Positions 13,271-25,814 of a DNA stretch of 64,000 bases are shown here, piece after piece; position 1 is the stretch's first letter; each line of letters begins with the position of its first letter. The notes under the pieces are model-generated. The model did not search any database. It saw only the letters and a list, made by a program, of their open reading frames with translations, and was not told the DNA's origin. Source of the DNA: Lingula anatina (taxonomy: Eukaryota > Animalia > Brachiopoda); NCBI GenBank assembly GCA_051362555.1, contig CM120641.1:37578401-37642400 (forward strand). The letters are read 5' to 3'. The position numbers were made by a program, and so were the translations under genes.

Positions 13271-16200
13271 ATGGGAAAGAGAAAAGCAGGTCCATCAGAT
13301 GAAAACCCAAATGCTGATTTATGTGAAGTATTGCTAGGTATAGAATAGTCCACCAATTTACGTAAAACTTACTATAGACTAAGCCTTTAATCTGTATCGA
13401 AAATAATGATAAAATTATAAGTGGAGATCCAGCAATTATACTTGTACATTTTAGAAAATCCAAAATGATCCTCAAAGTTTGCATTTACATTTAATACAAA
13501 GGTAGGAAGAATAAATTAAAACATGCATATAAATATGAAATTGAAAATTAAGATCACTTTTTATGTTATGAACGGGAATTTTTTAGTAACTCTTAGGCCC
13601 CATTCAGAATGAGAAGATCCCAGTGCTAACTGGTCCACGGCTTAAATATAGCAGACCTACATGTAAGGAAGTCCACTTAATCCTTTAATGGTCTCTCTGC
13701 CTTTTACAGGCCTATCCACACGTCGACCCTGCAGGGGCACAGTAATTAAATCTCGACTCCATTTGACCAGATGCATGTGGAGGCAATGTGAGAGGCAGAG
13801 AGTCCATTACAGGATTAAGCGATCTTCCTTTCATGTAAGGTCCGCCATATTTGAGCCTTGGACTAGGTGATACTCGGATCTTCTATTCTGAATAGCCCCA
13901 TATTCAGGCTGGCAATCCTATTTTGTATCTTAAGAGTCTAGTCTGGACCACTTATATCCACAAGTTTGGTTAGTGTACATAATGGATAAATGAATGGGAT
14001 TACTCCATCTGATCAGTGTGGCTACATATTGAATTCAGTTAACCTTTTGGCTGATTATATGTCATATACATGGAATATTTATATTGGTGTAAATAAATGA
14101 AATAGGCCTCACATTAAAAATCCATCATCATGAGAACAATGCACTTTTTTTTAAATTTAAGTTACATTTTACAGAGCTTGCTGACTATGAGAAAAATGTT
14201 ACAAGGCAGATGCATAAGTTTAATGCTTATCGAAAAGCTGCATCAGTACTTTCAAAGCATCCAACAAGAGTGAAAAATGGAACAGAAGCTAAAAGACTGG
14301 TAAAGTATAAACATCCCATTTTTTATGTGATTGAAAACGGAAACATGCTGTCTCCAATTTATAACGTTGAGGACCAGTTTAAAACAGTCTTGAAATATTT
14401 AGTTTAATCCACATCTAGTATTCCCTTTAACTGAAATTTTTACTTTTTCTTGTTTTTACTCACATTTTTTGTTTGTTGTTTTACAAATATTTTTTCATGA
14501 CACACTTTTGACATTATATGATTAATAGACATCACTTACTGAGAATGTTTTGCAATCCTTCTTGAATGTAAAAATGAGAAAAGAAATAAAAAATATACAG
14601 TATGTATATATATATATTATATTATATTATATTATATTATATTATATTATATTATATTATATTATATTATATTATATTATATTATATTATATTATATTAT
14701 TCACAGGATGGTATTGGTGATAAGATTGGGAAGAAAATAGATGAGATAATTGCTACTGGCAAACTACAAAAACTTGAAAAGGTACAGAATAATATATTCT
14801 GTTGTTGTGTCCATCCAAATTTTGTTTATTTGTTTCATCTGAAATGTGTACTTGAGTGTATTTTGCCAAATATTATTAACTTTTATTTTTGATTTGAAAA
14901 TCGATGCCACATATCAATAAATCAAAGAGGTAATTTTCAATATTCTTTGTTTATTTTTAGGTCAAAGATCTTTCTTTAGTAATTGGTATATGATAGCATT
15001 AGCAAAAGTATAGGAATGTACAATGACATGAAGAGTGTATGATACAAGTAAAACACTAGTGGAATTTAAATTACTTATTTATATATGTGCCAGTGGGTTT
15101 TATGCTTGTTGGTTTGAACCCTATTAACATAACAATGGTTTTTGGTTAGTATTAAATCACAAAATTCTGTCTCTTCTAATAATGATACAATAATTCAGAT
15201 TTGTTTTTATGTTGGACAAATTTTATTTTCACTCTCTATTGTTCATTTTTATAAAGTGGCATTAAAAGAAAACTTGTGTCTTTAATTAACTTCTGTGGTT
15301 TTCCTGATGTTGACATACACTGATAGGTTACTTAAACTTCATGCAGATCCGAGCTGATGACACTAATGTTGCCATAAACCTACTGACCCGAGTGACGGGG
15401 ATAGGGTAAGTCATCTCATGTCACAAACCTGCATTTCACATAATTAATGAACTGTGCTGTCTGCCGCACATGGTTAAACACATTTGCCTTTATTTAAATG
15501 TTAATTACAGATTGAAATTTATAGCCTCAGTTTTCTTCATGTGGTTTACAATTTGCATTAAGGTTGCATTTATGAAAGAGGGTTGATGATTGAGATGCAA
15601 TGGTTGTTTATAATTGGAAAAGTTTGGGGTCATCCAGTTAAAAAGTGTTTACAAATTTTGTAATGAAAATCAAGCAGTTTTAACCTTACTGCTATTATTC
15701 CTTTCAAGTAAGAAAGGAAAGAGTTCTGTGTATATATTTGGATGATGGTTCCTGTTTCATATATTTCAAATGAAAGCAAAAGGGTTAACATAATGGTGTT
15801 GTTTTTTCATTCTTTTTTATAGAAACTAGAATTGATATTCAGAAATATGCTCACATGTATTAGCATTCCTCTTAAATGTTAACACACCACTTCCGCCACA
15901 GCAGCTGTTACTGTTTTCCTGTTCTATTTTAGCCCAGCTGCAGCTCAAAAGCTGGTACAGGAAGGGATATCGACAATAGAAGGTATCATTGTGTGATTAT
16001 TGTCATGAGTTAAACAGATTTATCTTTTTTTTTTCACGTGTGAAAATTTAATGCCCATTTTTTTGATGCTATTCATAATTATACATGAATCCTTCACGTT
16101 AGTATACCCATGTGCCATTTCACTGGATCATATATATAAGTTGACTGGCTTCTTTTTGTAACCTACAACATAAATATTTTAAACATATTTTCTTTGAATA

Positions 16201-19200
16201 GATTTTTTTCTTTTGTTCACTGCTTTATCATATTTTTCCTGATAATCCGTGTGGTGTTTATTTAGCCCAATGAAACAATGTTTTCATTCACAGTGACTAG
16301 TTTTTATTTTGAAGTGTTTGTTACGATTGTTTTCAGATTTAAGAAAACACCCAGAAAAGCTTAACCACCATCAACAAATTGGACTTAGGTAGAAAAATTT
16401 TTTTTTCAAAAAATTTTATAAAAAAATGTATAACTGTGCATGAGCCCAGATTGTTTCTGTAGGTGATTTTTATGCTGTAGAATGCTGAGGAGATTTCACA
16501 GAGTCATTTTTGAAACACTTATGTTTCCTCTTACTTAACATTGTATATGATAATTATCAAACCTAGACATAGGCCTTTATCAGACTGATGTGAGTAGATG
16601 TTGTTACTCACTGACTGCAAGGTGGTATAACAGCCAGGACCTTTTTATAAATGTCAGGTAGATCGACCCCCCATCCCTATTCAAGAATGTCTGGTGACGG
16701 GTGATGTTGACAGCCTGTCATATCTTGTGTGGGATAGATGACTCAGATTCAAGGATCTTGGTTGAACTCCAGTCAATACTGCGGCTGATTTCTATTACAT
16801 GTCCAGAAATGGCAGTTCAACCAAGATCCTTGAATTAGAGGAGGGGGTGAACTACATGACATTTTTGAGAAGGTCCTGGTCGTTATACCACCTAGCGGTC
16901 AGTGAATAACAACATATGAAGGCCTACATCACTGTTGACTGTAAGCTAACTGTATAAAAGTATTTAGGCTTGCGTTTGATAATTATCATATATGATCCAA
17001 CTACCAAGCTTATTGATACTTTTGCTCATAAACCTGACATTACTTTTGAAACATAGGTAGATACATAAAGTATTTTTGAAAGGAAGTTTTTATATGCGAA
17101 TCTAACCTGGTTAAAAGAAATAGCATTGTCTTATTATTGTGAAAAAATATATGTTTGATGGAATTTTATTGCTCAGCAGAGCTGGGATAAACATATTTTA
17201 AATGGATAGTGCAAAAAGTTAATGTGAATTTTTCTAAATATTTATGATCAGTGCACATATTACTTACTGTTTTGCAATTTAAGGCACTTTGAAGATTTTG
17301 AGAAGCGTATACCTAGAGAAGAAATGATCAAATTACAAGTAAGTACTTAGCAATGTAAACGTAATACTGAATAACTCCTTAGAGCCCATTCAAAATAGAA
17401 GATCCGAGGATCTTCTGATCAAATATGACAGACCCTACATGAAAAAAGAGCTGACTAATTCACTGATGGTCTCCCACACGCTGTCCTTTCAGGGGTCTAG
17501 CAATTAAACCTTGGAGCCATGATTTGATCCATTTAATAGTGGAGGTGGGGAGACCATCAGCGGATTAGTGGGTTCTTCTTTCATGTAGGGTCTGTCATAT
17601 TTGTTACGTGGATCAGGGCTCTGTAACTCGAAAGCAACGCGAATTGCAATAGCGATATCACATTTCATTTCGAGTCTATTATATGGGGCGAGTAAATGCT
17701 GAGTTATGGAATAGAAACGCTTGCGCTTGGTTGCAATTTGCAATGCTTTCGAGTTATGGAGCCCAGAAGATCCTCGGGTCTTCTATTCTAAATGGGCTCT
17801 TAGAAACATTTTTGTGAAATTATGAAACCTTGATTTTCAAAGTCCTTTGGGAATTTTTTCATTTATCAGCATATTACAGTACTGTTAGTGCCAATTCCAG
17901 AAGCTGAAAGGATATGCTGCAAAGAGAAAAGTCACCATCACTACCCTTGAAACTTTGGGTGTTCATTCTTTGGTACTATTTTAACAGTTCATGTGACAAA
18001 ATGGTCTAAAGCCAATTGAATCATCTTTAACATGATAGTGTAAAACTCTGTTTCTGTTTTTTTAGGATATTGCTTTTAAAGTAATCAATGAACTAGATGA
18101 AGACTATGAAGCTAAGGTTTGTGGGAGCTTCAGGAGAGGTAAGTGAAGTTTTTGTTTTTTGCTGCAGAATCAATCAGGCAAAAAAATTAACAATGGAATT
18201 ATTAGTCAAAGAAGCCATTTGGAAATGATGAAATTGGTTTAAAAACTAATATCCAGAGGCTGTTTGAAATATGAGACTTTTGCCATTTTAATTTGACTTT
18301 TGAAATTCCGCCTACATACTTTCTTCAGTGACATTTGAGTCTTCTGTACATCTTGTAGGTGCTGACTCCAGTGGAGATATAGATGTACTTGTAACTCATC
18401 CAAGTTTTACTTCAAAGACAAAGAAAAAGGTACTACTTGCTGATGCATTTAATATAGTGAGACTTATTCACCCTCAAGATATCTCAGGCTCTGGTCCGTT
18501 TGTGAAAAGAATTCTTCTGGAAATTCCTAAAAATTTACATACACTAAGGTGTATTTTATATGAAAATTTTGAGTAAAATGAAAATAATTTTGAGCATAAG
18601 TTGTGACTTAGGCTGCGTTCACATAAAAAATCTAAATTCTAAAAACCTAAAAATCCATTGGCGGTATCTAGTGATCACGGTCTGTGCCCTGAATACCCCG
18701 CGGCATAATTAACTAGCAGAGTGAGTGAGTTACTTCCAAAGCTGTAATTAAATCTCGGTTGCGCTCGGGGGAAATTCTGATACCTGGACGCATGTGCAGA
18801 GAGAAAGAAAATGATGGTCGCGGTTGCTTTGAAAATTGTGTTTGTCGATTTTGTGCAACAACAAGACGAAGTAGATGAGGTCCATATACACACGACAGAT
18901 ATGAGTGCAAACTGAAGAAATCCACAGTGTAGAGATATGACTGTGCATGCATCCAGGCATCAGAATCTCCTCCGAGCGCAGCCGACTGAGCCGAGAATTA
19001 ATTACAGCTTTGGAAACGACTCGCTCGCACTGCTAGTTAATTACGCCGCAGGGTATTCAAGGCACAGACCGTAATCACTAGATACCGCCAATGGATTTTT
19101 AGGTTTTTAGAATTTAGATTTTTCGTGTGAACGCAGCCTTAGAGGAGACCCTTCCCAAAATAAGCACATGCATGCATGTGGGTGCACACCAACACACATT

Positions 19201-19784
19201 TTGATTAAAATTTTGTTTTTTTGTAGATAAGACTTCTGCATGACATAGTGGACAGCTTAAAGGAAACAGACTTCATTACAGACACACTTTCCTTAGGAGA
19301 TTCCAAGTTTATGGTAAGATGGCTTGAGAAAGCACCACTGAATGTGGTTTGTGTAAGCACACACTAAGGATAGTCTTGATAAGTTTGGAAACACATCCTA
19401 AGAAATGGTCTTGTAATTCTACATTTAAACATGTTTTTACAGATATATTTTATCACTCATTATCTACAATCCAGCATATTCAAACCTGTTAACCTGTTTT
19501 GAGTGGTTTTCTTCTTTGAATACTCCCTAAATGTGGTACTTATTAACTTACTGTCAGTTTGTCCTGATTTAACTTTTATAAGGCAACCTGTTTCTGTCTA
19601 AAATCATGCAGGCTAGGTGCAGACATAAATGCATTCATTTATAGACTTAAAGGCTTCTTTTTTTCTGAAAATCTTTTTATAGGGAGTTTGTAGACTTCCA
19701 GAGGGAAAGGATGGAAAAGAACATCCATTCAGAAGGATAGATATCAGGTAACCAATGAGGAAGTTTGCCAAAAAAAAAAAAGAA

Positions 19785-19827
<43 letters not shown>

Positions 19828-20583
19828 ATAGTTTTGAAGTATTTTCAGAAATGGCAATTTTCTCTTAAAGTGCTCAGGCTTTTTTCAACATTGGAACAAC
19901 CTGTTTGAATTGAATGTCAGCACTTTTTATATGTAAATGTAAAAACGTTAGCTTCAGCATTTAGTGCTGGAGATATGTTGACAACTTTACATGTTGTTTT
20001 GCAGGTTAATACCTCATGACCAGTATTACCCTGCGTTGTTGTACTTTACGGGCAGTGATGCTTTCAATAAGAACATGAGAGCTAAAGCTCTAGAAGAAGG
20101 ATTTACATTAAATGAATATACACTGAGGCCAGTTGGAAGTACAGGTAGAACATACAATGTATACATACCTCTCTTTAAATTACAAAAAAAAAGATTTTAT
20201 GTAAAGGAGATAATGAACATATTTTGCCATATTCACAGTACCAGGCATTAGGTTCACCCTCAATTCCAGAGCCTAGAGATAACCATTGTCTAAATCCAAT
20301 TAATAGAAGTAATCACTGAATGGTACCTTGATCATTTCTAGTGCTAAAAATAAGTCGATTTTTTTTTTTTTGGGGGGGGGGGGCATTATTAACTATGTTT
20401 TTTTTATTACAATATCATATATAACTAACCTAAAGTACCTCTTATTTATTTTAATTGTAATAAAGTTAAAGCATGTATATTTTCCTAGGTGTTCCAGGGG
20501 AGCCCCTTCCCATCACCAGTGAGAAGGATATATTTGACTATATAGGAATGAAATACAAAAATCCAGAAGAGAGAAATATGTGA
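13271..20583 (+). CDS. POLB: DNA polymerase beta (X family), complete, 13 coding exons, 337 aa
   Basis: Exons: 13271-13337, 14175-14299, 14707-14781, 15347-15405, 15933-15982, 16337-16388, 17284-17338, 18066-18138, 18359-18429, 19227-19313, 19683-19747, 20005-20144, 20489-20583 (1014 nt, ends TGA). Motifs: [28 protein letters not shown] (HhH / dRP-lyase Lys), CGSFRRG, GDIDVL, RRIDIR, YFTGSD, NEY. Confidence 0.98.
13596..13899. mobile_element. Palindromic MITE, PIF/Harbinger-like (family B, copy 2) in POLB intron 1
   Basis: Inverted arms of about 110 bp: ggccccattcagaatgagaagatcc...ctctctgcct and aggcagagag...ggatcttctattctgaatagcccc. Flanks are TTA and ATA. Confidence 0.85.
14614..14701. repeat. 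(ATATT)n pentanucleotide microsatellite abutting the POLB exon 3 acceptor
   Basis: About 17 perfect units ending just before cacag|GAT. Confidence 0.97.
16544..16992. mobile_element. Foldback MITE in POLB intron 6
   Basis: Perfect 19-bp terminal inverted repeat tatatgataattatcaaac / gtttgataattatcatata. Further inverted arms at about 16598-16665 and 16848-16915, and an inner 22-bp inverted repeat attcaaggatcttggttgaact / agttcaaccaagatccttgaat. Confidence 0.85.
17382..17799. mobile_element. Palindromic MITE, PIF/Harbinger-like (family B, copy 3) carrying a nested insertion
   Basis: TIRs gagcccattcaaaatagaagatccgaggatcttctg / cagaagatcctcgggtcttctattctaaatgggctc, with TTA target-site duplication at 17379-17381 and 17800-17802. 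Confidence 0.9.
17617..17763. mobile_element. Nested 147-bp MITE with CAG target-site duplication
   Basis: TIRs ggctctgtaactcgaaagca / tgctttcgagttatggagcc, with CAG on both sides. Removing it plus one CAG restores gatcagaagatcctc, the exact complement of the host element's left arm. Confidence 0.85.
18611..19138. mobile_element. MITE with ~190-bp TIRs, PIF/Harbinger (Tourist)-like, in POLB intron 9
   Basis: ggctgcgttcacataaaaaatctaaattctaaaaacctaaaaatccattggcggtatctagtga... is mirrored by ...tcactagataccgccaatggatttttaggtttttagaatttagatttttcgtgtgaacgcagcc. TTA TSD at 18608-18610 and 19139-19141; CpG-rich. Confidence 0.95.
19783..19830. repeat. (AAAT)n microsatellite
   Basis: About 12 perfect units following an A-run. 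Confidence 0.95.
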
Positions 20584-20979
20584 ACTGTAACAATAGATCA
20601 TTATAAGCAATATGAGTTTGTTTTTTGTTGTTTTTTTTTAATCAAAATAGTTCACTAGTTTCACTGTAGGTTGATGTTATGAAAAAAAAAGACACATGTA
20701 TCAAAAGAAAAACACTGAGTTAAGTTAATTTTAAACTTTTCTTACGTGACTAAAAATGAAAGGACTTTATAATGCTGGACTTCTGGGTGGTCAGTTTTCA
20801 TGTTTAATCAGAATCTAGTGAGCAAGTTAAAATTATATGAATAGTTTCTTGCAGTGGGTAAATAATACCTGTTTGAAATGTTTTCTATGATTCATTGTTC
20901 AATATACATTATAAGTGAATTTTATTAAAATTTTTTATACCTTTTCATGTTTGAGTCAGTCATAATATCAAATAGGAAT

Positions 20980-21090
20980 GGGTTTCCATACCTAGATTGA
21001 TCTAACAGGATCGATCCATCTCCAAGGGGTTTCTTGCCAAATTGCTTTTAGCTTAAGCAGCTTAGATGTCTGGAGATAGATTGATTCATG
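20980..21090. mobile_element. Decayed palindromic MITE fragment (family C), related to 23155-23380
   Basis: ggatcgatccatctccaaggggtttcttgccaaattgc resembles ggattgatctgtctcccttgggagtctcactaaattgc at ~23175. Short return arm ggagatagattgattc. Confidence 0.5.
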
Positions 21091-21907
21091 GTTAGTACAA
21101 TATTGTCTCAGAATGGTCCCTAAAATTCTTTGTTTATCTAAGGAGATGAAATTTTGACCTTTGTTTATCTAATAAGTGAATATTTAAATGGAAAACTGGA
21201 AAAACTTTCACGGTATACAAGTTGTGTTGAGGTTCTGATGGAAATAAGATGGGGTGTCATAATCTATAAACAACAAGACATAGCTTTTTTTTAAACAAAT
21301 GCCCTTTTTAAGACAAATGTTGAAGTAATGTTTTCCACCAGTACCAATTAGGAGGTGGGAGCATCCAAATAAAGTTAGTAAAAGGTCATGCCTTTTGAAA
21401 TTACAATCACCCTGTTAAAGATATTTTAACAATGTAATGGCATTAATGTGTTATGTAAATAATACAATAAAGTGCGTCTAGATTTCATTTATCTCCTGCA
21501 CTCAGTTGAAGAACAGAGGAATGCCTGATATATCGACACAATCAAAGCTAGCATAAAAGCACAACAAACGCATTTGGTGTTGAGAATGAGGCAGTAGTAG
21601 TGCTTGACGGAAATGTCCGAACAATGAAATTTAAATCAACATGATAGTTCTAATTTTCTCTTTCTTTTACTCAATATGAGTTTATTTCAACATATTTTTA
21701 CAATCCTATTTTTGAGCATAACACACGGTGAATAAAAAATGTCTGACCTTTAAATTTCCGAATGTTAATTTATTCATCACGTTGTCGTCCGAAAGTGTGT
21801 TATGGTGGAAGATAGTTGGGAAAATAGTAAACACCACTGAAAAGTCAGCTTTAAGCAGAGGCATCGCCTGTTCGTGACCACAAATAACAACTGCGACACT
21901 GCCAAGA

Positions 21908-24178
21908 ATGTCTGCCTCTCCAGTCCAGCGCCAAATAGTCTCTAGTCAAGCAATCCCAACGCGTCGGGTACTTTTAAATGACCCGTCGCAACTTCCACAC
22001 GATTACAGTACAACGCCTGGTGGAACTTTATTTTCGACCACGCCAGGAGGTTTGTATATTTATCAGTGTAATTTTTTCGTATATAATTATATTTAACGGT
22101 GTTTGTTATTTGATTGAATGGTAATGACATGTCTGATGCAATGTGTAAAGAGGGGCATTTGAGGAAATCCCCGTTTTGTTGTTGCAGAGCACGTTCAATA
22201 TGGCCGCTCCTGCATCATGTTTACGTGCCATGTGACCTATGATTGTTTATGTTTTCATTTATGATTTGAACAACCGACCAAATTTATGGTGAAAGATGAT
22301 ATAAATGTTGCATGATAGATGAGCTGGTTTCTTTTATCTATAATTGACGATGGATATATTCATTCGCAATGCAGCGCAGTCACCTAAATTTTGTAAATAT
22401 GTACTGGAATGACCTTGCATAATATCTGGCGTTGATCCCATGTTGTGGTTCATGTCCTGGAAAATGATTCACTCACCACATCTAGCAGAATACCATGCTT
22501 TGTTACTAATTTTGCAATGATGCAGTACTTACTGTTATGTATCAGTAAAGCCATCATAATTTACAATCAGTTGGCAATGTGTCAAACAGAATTAAAAAAA
22601 AAATTATCACTCAGGTGATTCATAACCTACTGATATAAATCACCTAGCTAGTACTTAGGACCAGGTCATTATGTCAAGCAGGACTGGATAGCTCGACAGA
22701 ATGTAAATAACATCAAAATTGAAATTTGAGTCAGTTGAATATGTACAGTTAATAATTTTTCAGTGGAAAATGATTTATAGGTTTTTTTTTTTACATATTT
22801 AACTGGAGTTTTTAAATTTTTTATAACTTGATAAGTATTTGTTTTTATTGAGCTACATATATATTTGTTTGATTATCTTGGGATGCATTAATAACAGCTT
22901 TGAAGAGTACTTAGGATGTCCTTAAAAGTTGAAAGCAGCTGGTTAGGTTCACATACTTATTTAACAAGGCAGTTTGAAATTACATTTATCTAACTCTCCA
23001 AGCAAATCAGATTTTTCGCCAGAAATTCGAATTTGAAAATTCTGTATTTTTCAGATGGCAGTGTGATGGGGTATTAATCAGTTTAAAACATTGCTGTCAA
23101 GATATGTGCTTTAATTTGAAAAACGATATCCATAAGTACAAAAATTGAATAAAGGACCATTCCCACAGATATTTGGATTGATCTGTCTCCCTTGGGAGTC
23201 TCACTAAATTGCCATCACCTGACTGACTTATATCTCTGTCATACCTGGTAAAGCTGTTACCCCCTAGCTGATTTGGTAGGCGTGACAGACATTTAAGCTG
23301 GTTAGTTAATAGCAATTTAGCGAGACTCCCCAGGGAGTTGGACTGATCCAGAGGGAACGATCCAAGCATGGGAACCCAGTCTAAAACTGCCATTTCCTTA
23401 TGTCAACAAAAACATGCAGGGTTAGAATAACCTGATGTCATATATATATTTATATAAATAATTTATATTAATATGCCAATTATTGACAAATATTTGGAAC
23501 TAATTAAACATATTTAAATCTTCTTTAGCCAAATTAAATGTGATGTTTTTTATATTAGTGGAGCTTAGATAACAGTATCAGTATTTCACCATTTATCATG
23601 TGTTTTGTCATGTTCGTTACAGGTACAAGAATAGTGTATGAACGCCATTTCTTGATGCAGTGTCGCAATTCTCCCTTGGCCAAAAGTCCTCCTCCAAACC
23701 TTCCCAAGATCCCAGGTGTAACTACTGTTCAAGAGGAAAAGGGAGAGCTGATGAAGGAAAATGGTATGGGGAAGGAAGAAAGAAGTGGCAAGGAGAATGC
23801 AAATCATAAAGGTACAAAGATTTATTTGTCATTAGCAACCCATCCATTTAGGAAGAAATTGTGTAATTCTAAGCTTGGTGTTGCTTGTGTAAGTGCACCA
23901 TTTATTAACTTAAATGACTTCAGTCAAAAAGAAAGTTTTATTTCTTGCAGTTTTTCAAAAGAGTTTTGTGTTTATCTGGTAATATTGGTAATGTTTGCAA
24001 GATAAACGATACTAAGTTTTCTTTGTGCAGGAAATACTAATTTTTTTTCAAATAGGCTTAACAAAGCAAACATTTATTTGAAAAGATCAACAACAGTTAT
24101 TTCCTTACCATGAAATTAATTGGAGATTTTTTTTCAGAAACCTCAGGGGATGAACCTCAGTTCCATATGGATATCTAA
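21908..24178 (+). CDS. EIF4EBP: eIF4E-binding protein (4E-BP), complete, 3 coding exons, 123 aa
   Basis: Exons: 21908-22049, 23623-23811, 24138-24178 (372 nt, ends TAA). Contains QAIP (RAIP-like), [28 protein letters not shown] (two priming TP sites and YxxxxL-phi), [12 protein letters not shown], and C-terminal QFHMDI (TOS-like). Confidence 0.98.
22130..22530. promoter_or_regulatory. Putative stress-responsive enhancer in 4E-BP intron 1
   Basis: TGATGCAAT 22134-22142 (C/EBP-ATF), TGCATCA 22211, TGTTTAC 22218 (FOXO), TACGTG 22222, TTGTTTAT 22243, TTGCATAA 22415, TGATGCAG 22518. Confidence 0.5.
23155..23380. mobile_element. Palindromic MITE (family C) in 4E-BP intron 1
   Basis: Arms ctcccttgggagtctcactaaattgc / gcaatttagcgagactccccagggag, with inner arms ctgtcatacct / aggcgtgacag. 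Confidence 0.75.
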
Positions 24179-25814
24179 GTCGCTACTCGCATGTCTTTCA
24201 AGTAACCGCCAAGAAAAAGATGAAAATTAAGAAGCAAAGTGAATGCTGGATAAAAATGCAATGGTTTCTAATTGCTGTATAACTAACTTGGTAAACATAT
24301 GTAATGAACACAGTCAGAAAAGAGGATTTATACTTGGTGCAATTGAAAAAGTGAGATTTCTCTGGATGAAGTATTGTTGGAGAGATGTTTTTTAAAGCAT
24401 GAACATTGCTTTTTTGTCCACTATTTTTGTTGTGTTTTTCTTGGCTGATTTATATGTTAATATTCACAACTAGTGTATTGTATCAAGGCTCTATAAAGAC
24501 CAAGCCTTAACTGCTCATCTTTTAAACCCAAATAGAATGTTGTGGAATCAGATAAGAATATAAATACAGTGTAAAAAGATATATGTTTATAGAGGGAAGG
24601 GGGGAACTCAGTTCTAATACCAAAGCTTTCAGTTCATCTACAGTTGAGTAAAAAGTGAAAGCCCATTGTTTTTTCATAACAGCAGCAGAACTCATTAGTA
24701 ATCTTGTTGCTTATTGGAAATTTTTTCTAATAGTTCTAATCAAAATAACTGCTTGTATAAATTGGCTACTCTCTTGGTAAGGAATGAAAGAATCATTTTA
24801 GTTTTATGAGAACTTTTTTATTTGGCATTTTAGAAGTTATGCAGAAAGTTCTTGTTAAATCCTTCAATCTTGAATATAGATTTTGGGAATCGAAGATCTA
24901 AAAAAGTGTCAGATTATATTTAGATGCCTTTTTCAACCACTGTATTGCACAGTGATTAGATTTGATCTGTTTTTTATGCAAGCCAGACCTGTGAAAGGGT
25001 TTGTTAGTTGTTAGTGTACTACATAAAGTAGAAATTGTTTAAATTGCAGAATTATTTTTATTGAATCACTATCTACATTTGTAATGTGTTGGAGTTTGCA
25101 TAACTTAATCTTTAGTTTTATAATCTAAAGTAAGACATTCAACAAAGTCTCTTTATGATAGATGCATAGCATCATATCACATATACCAATACAGACGTGT
25201 GAGGAGGAAGCTGTGGGGAAACAATTGTAGCATGGTCTGTGATACGGCATCTAACATATTGCTTATTTGATTTCATTCACAGTGGATTGTCAGGGTAATT
25301 TCTAGATCATTGCCCTGTTTGACAGTCAAAAAAGAAAAAAATACATAAAAACATAAAGAAAGAAAAAATATGACTGACATTTGGATCAGCAGAAATGATG
25401 TTTTACTTAAATTTCTGCTAGTTTCCACTAAGTTGTTCACCCTGAAGATTTGTGCTAGCTAAATGACTTATTGGATGTGTCAGTTGATAATGAAGTGGAC
25501 TCGTCATTATGTAGGGCATGACATTCAGGGTTGTGAAAAGGACATGGTGAACTTTATAAAATGTCAACATGATGACAATGTTGCTGATATAATGTGTTGT
25601 TATTTCTTATCGCAGGGCATAAATGAGACCTTAGTAAAGTATTAATCCATAATTGTTGTATGGTGCTAAATATTCCCTTTGCATTTTTTCAGTAGGAAAA
25701 ATTGATATATTTGACATCCATCTTAAGACCATCAAAAAGAATGAGCAAATATTACTTTTATGAGTTTTCATCAATAAGTCACATAAGATTTCTTGATACC
25801 GATCTGTGAAAGTG

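Noticed and set aside
20581-20590. TGA stops of POLB and Mask as readthrough or selenocysteine sites
   Set aside because: No TGA-CTA context, no evident SECIS, and the proteins end at the expected positions.
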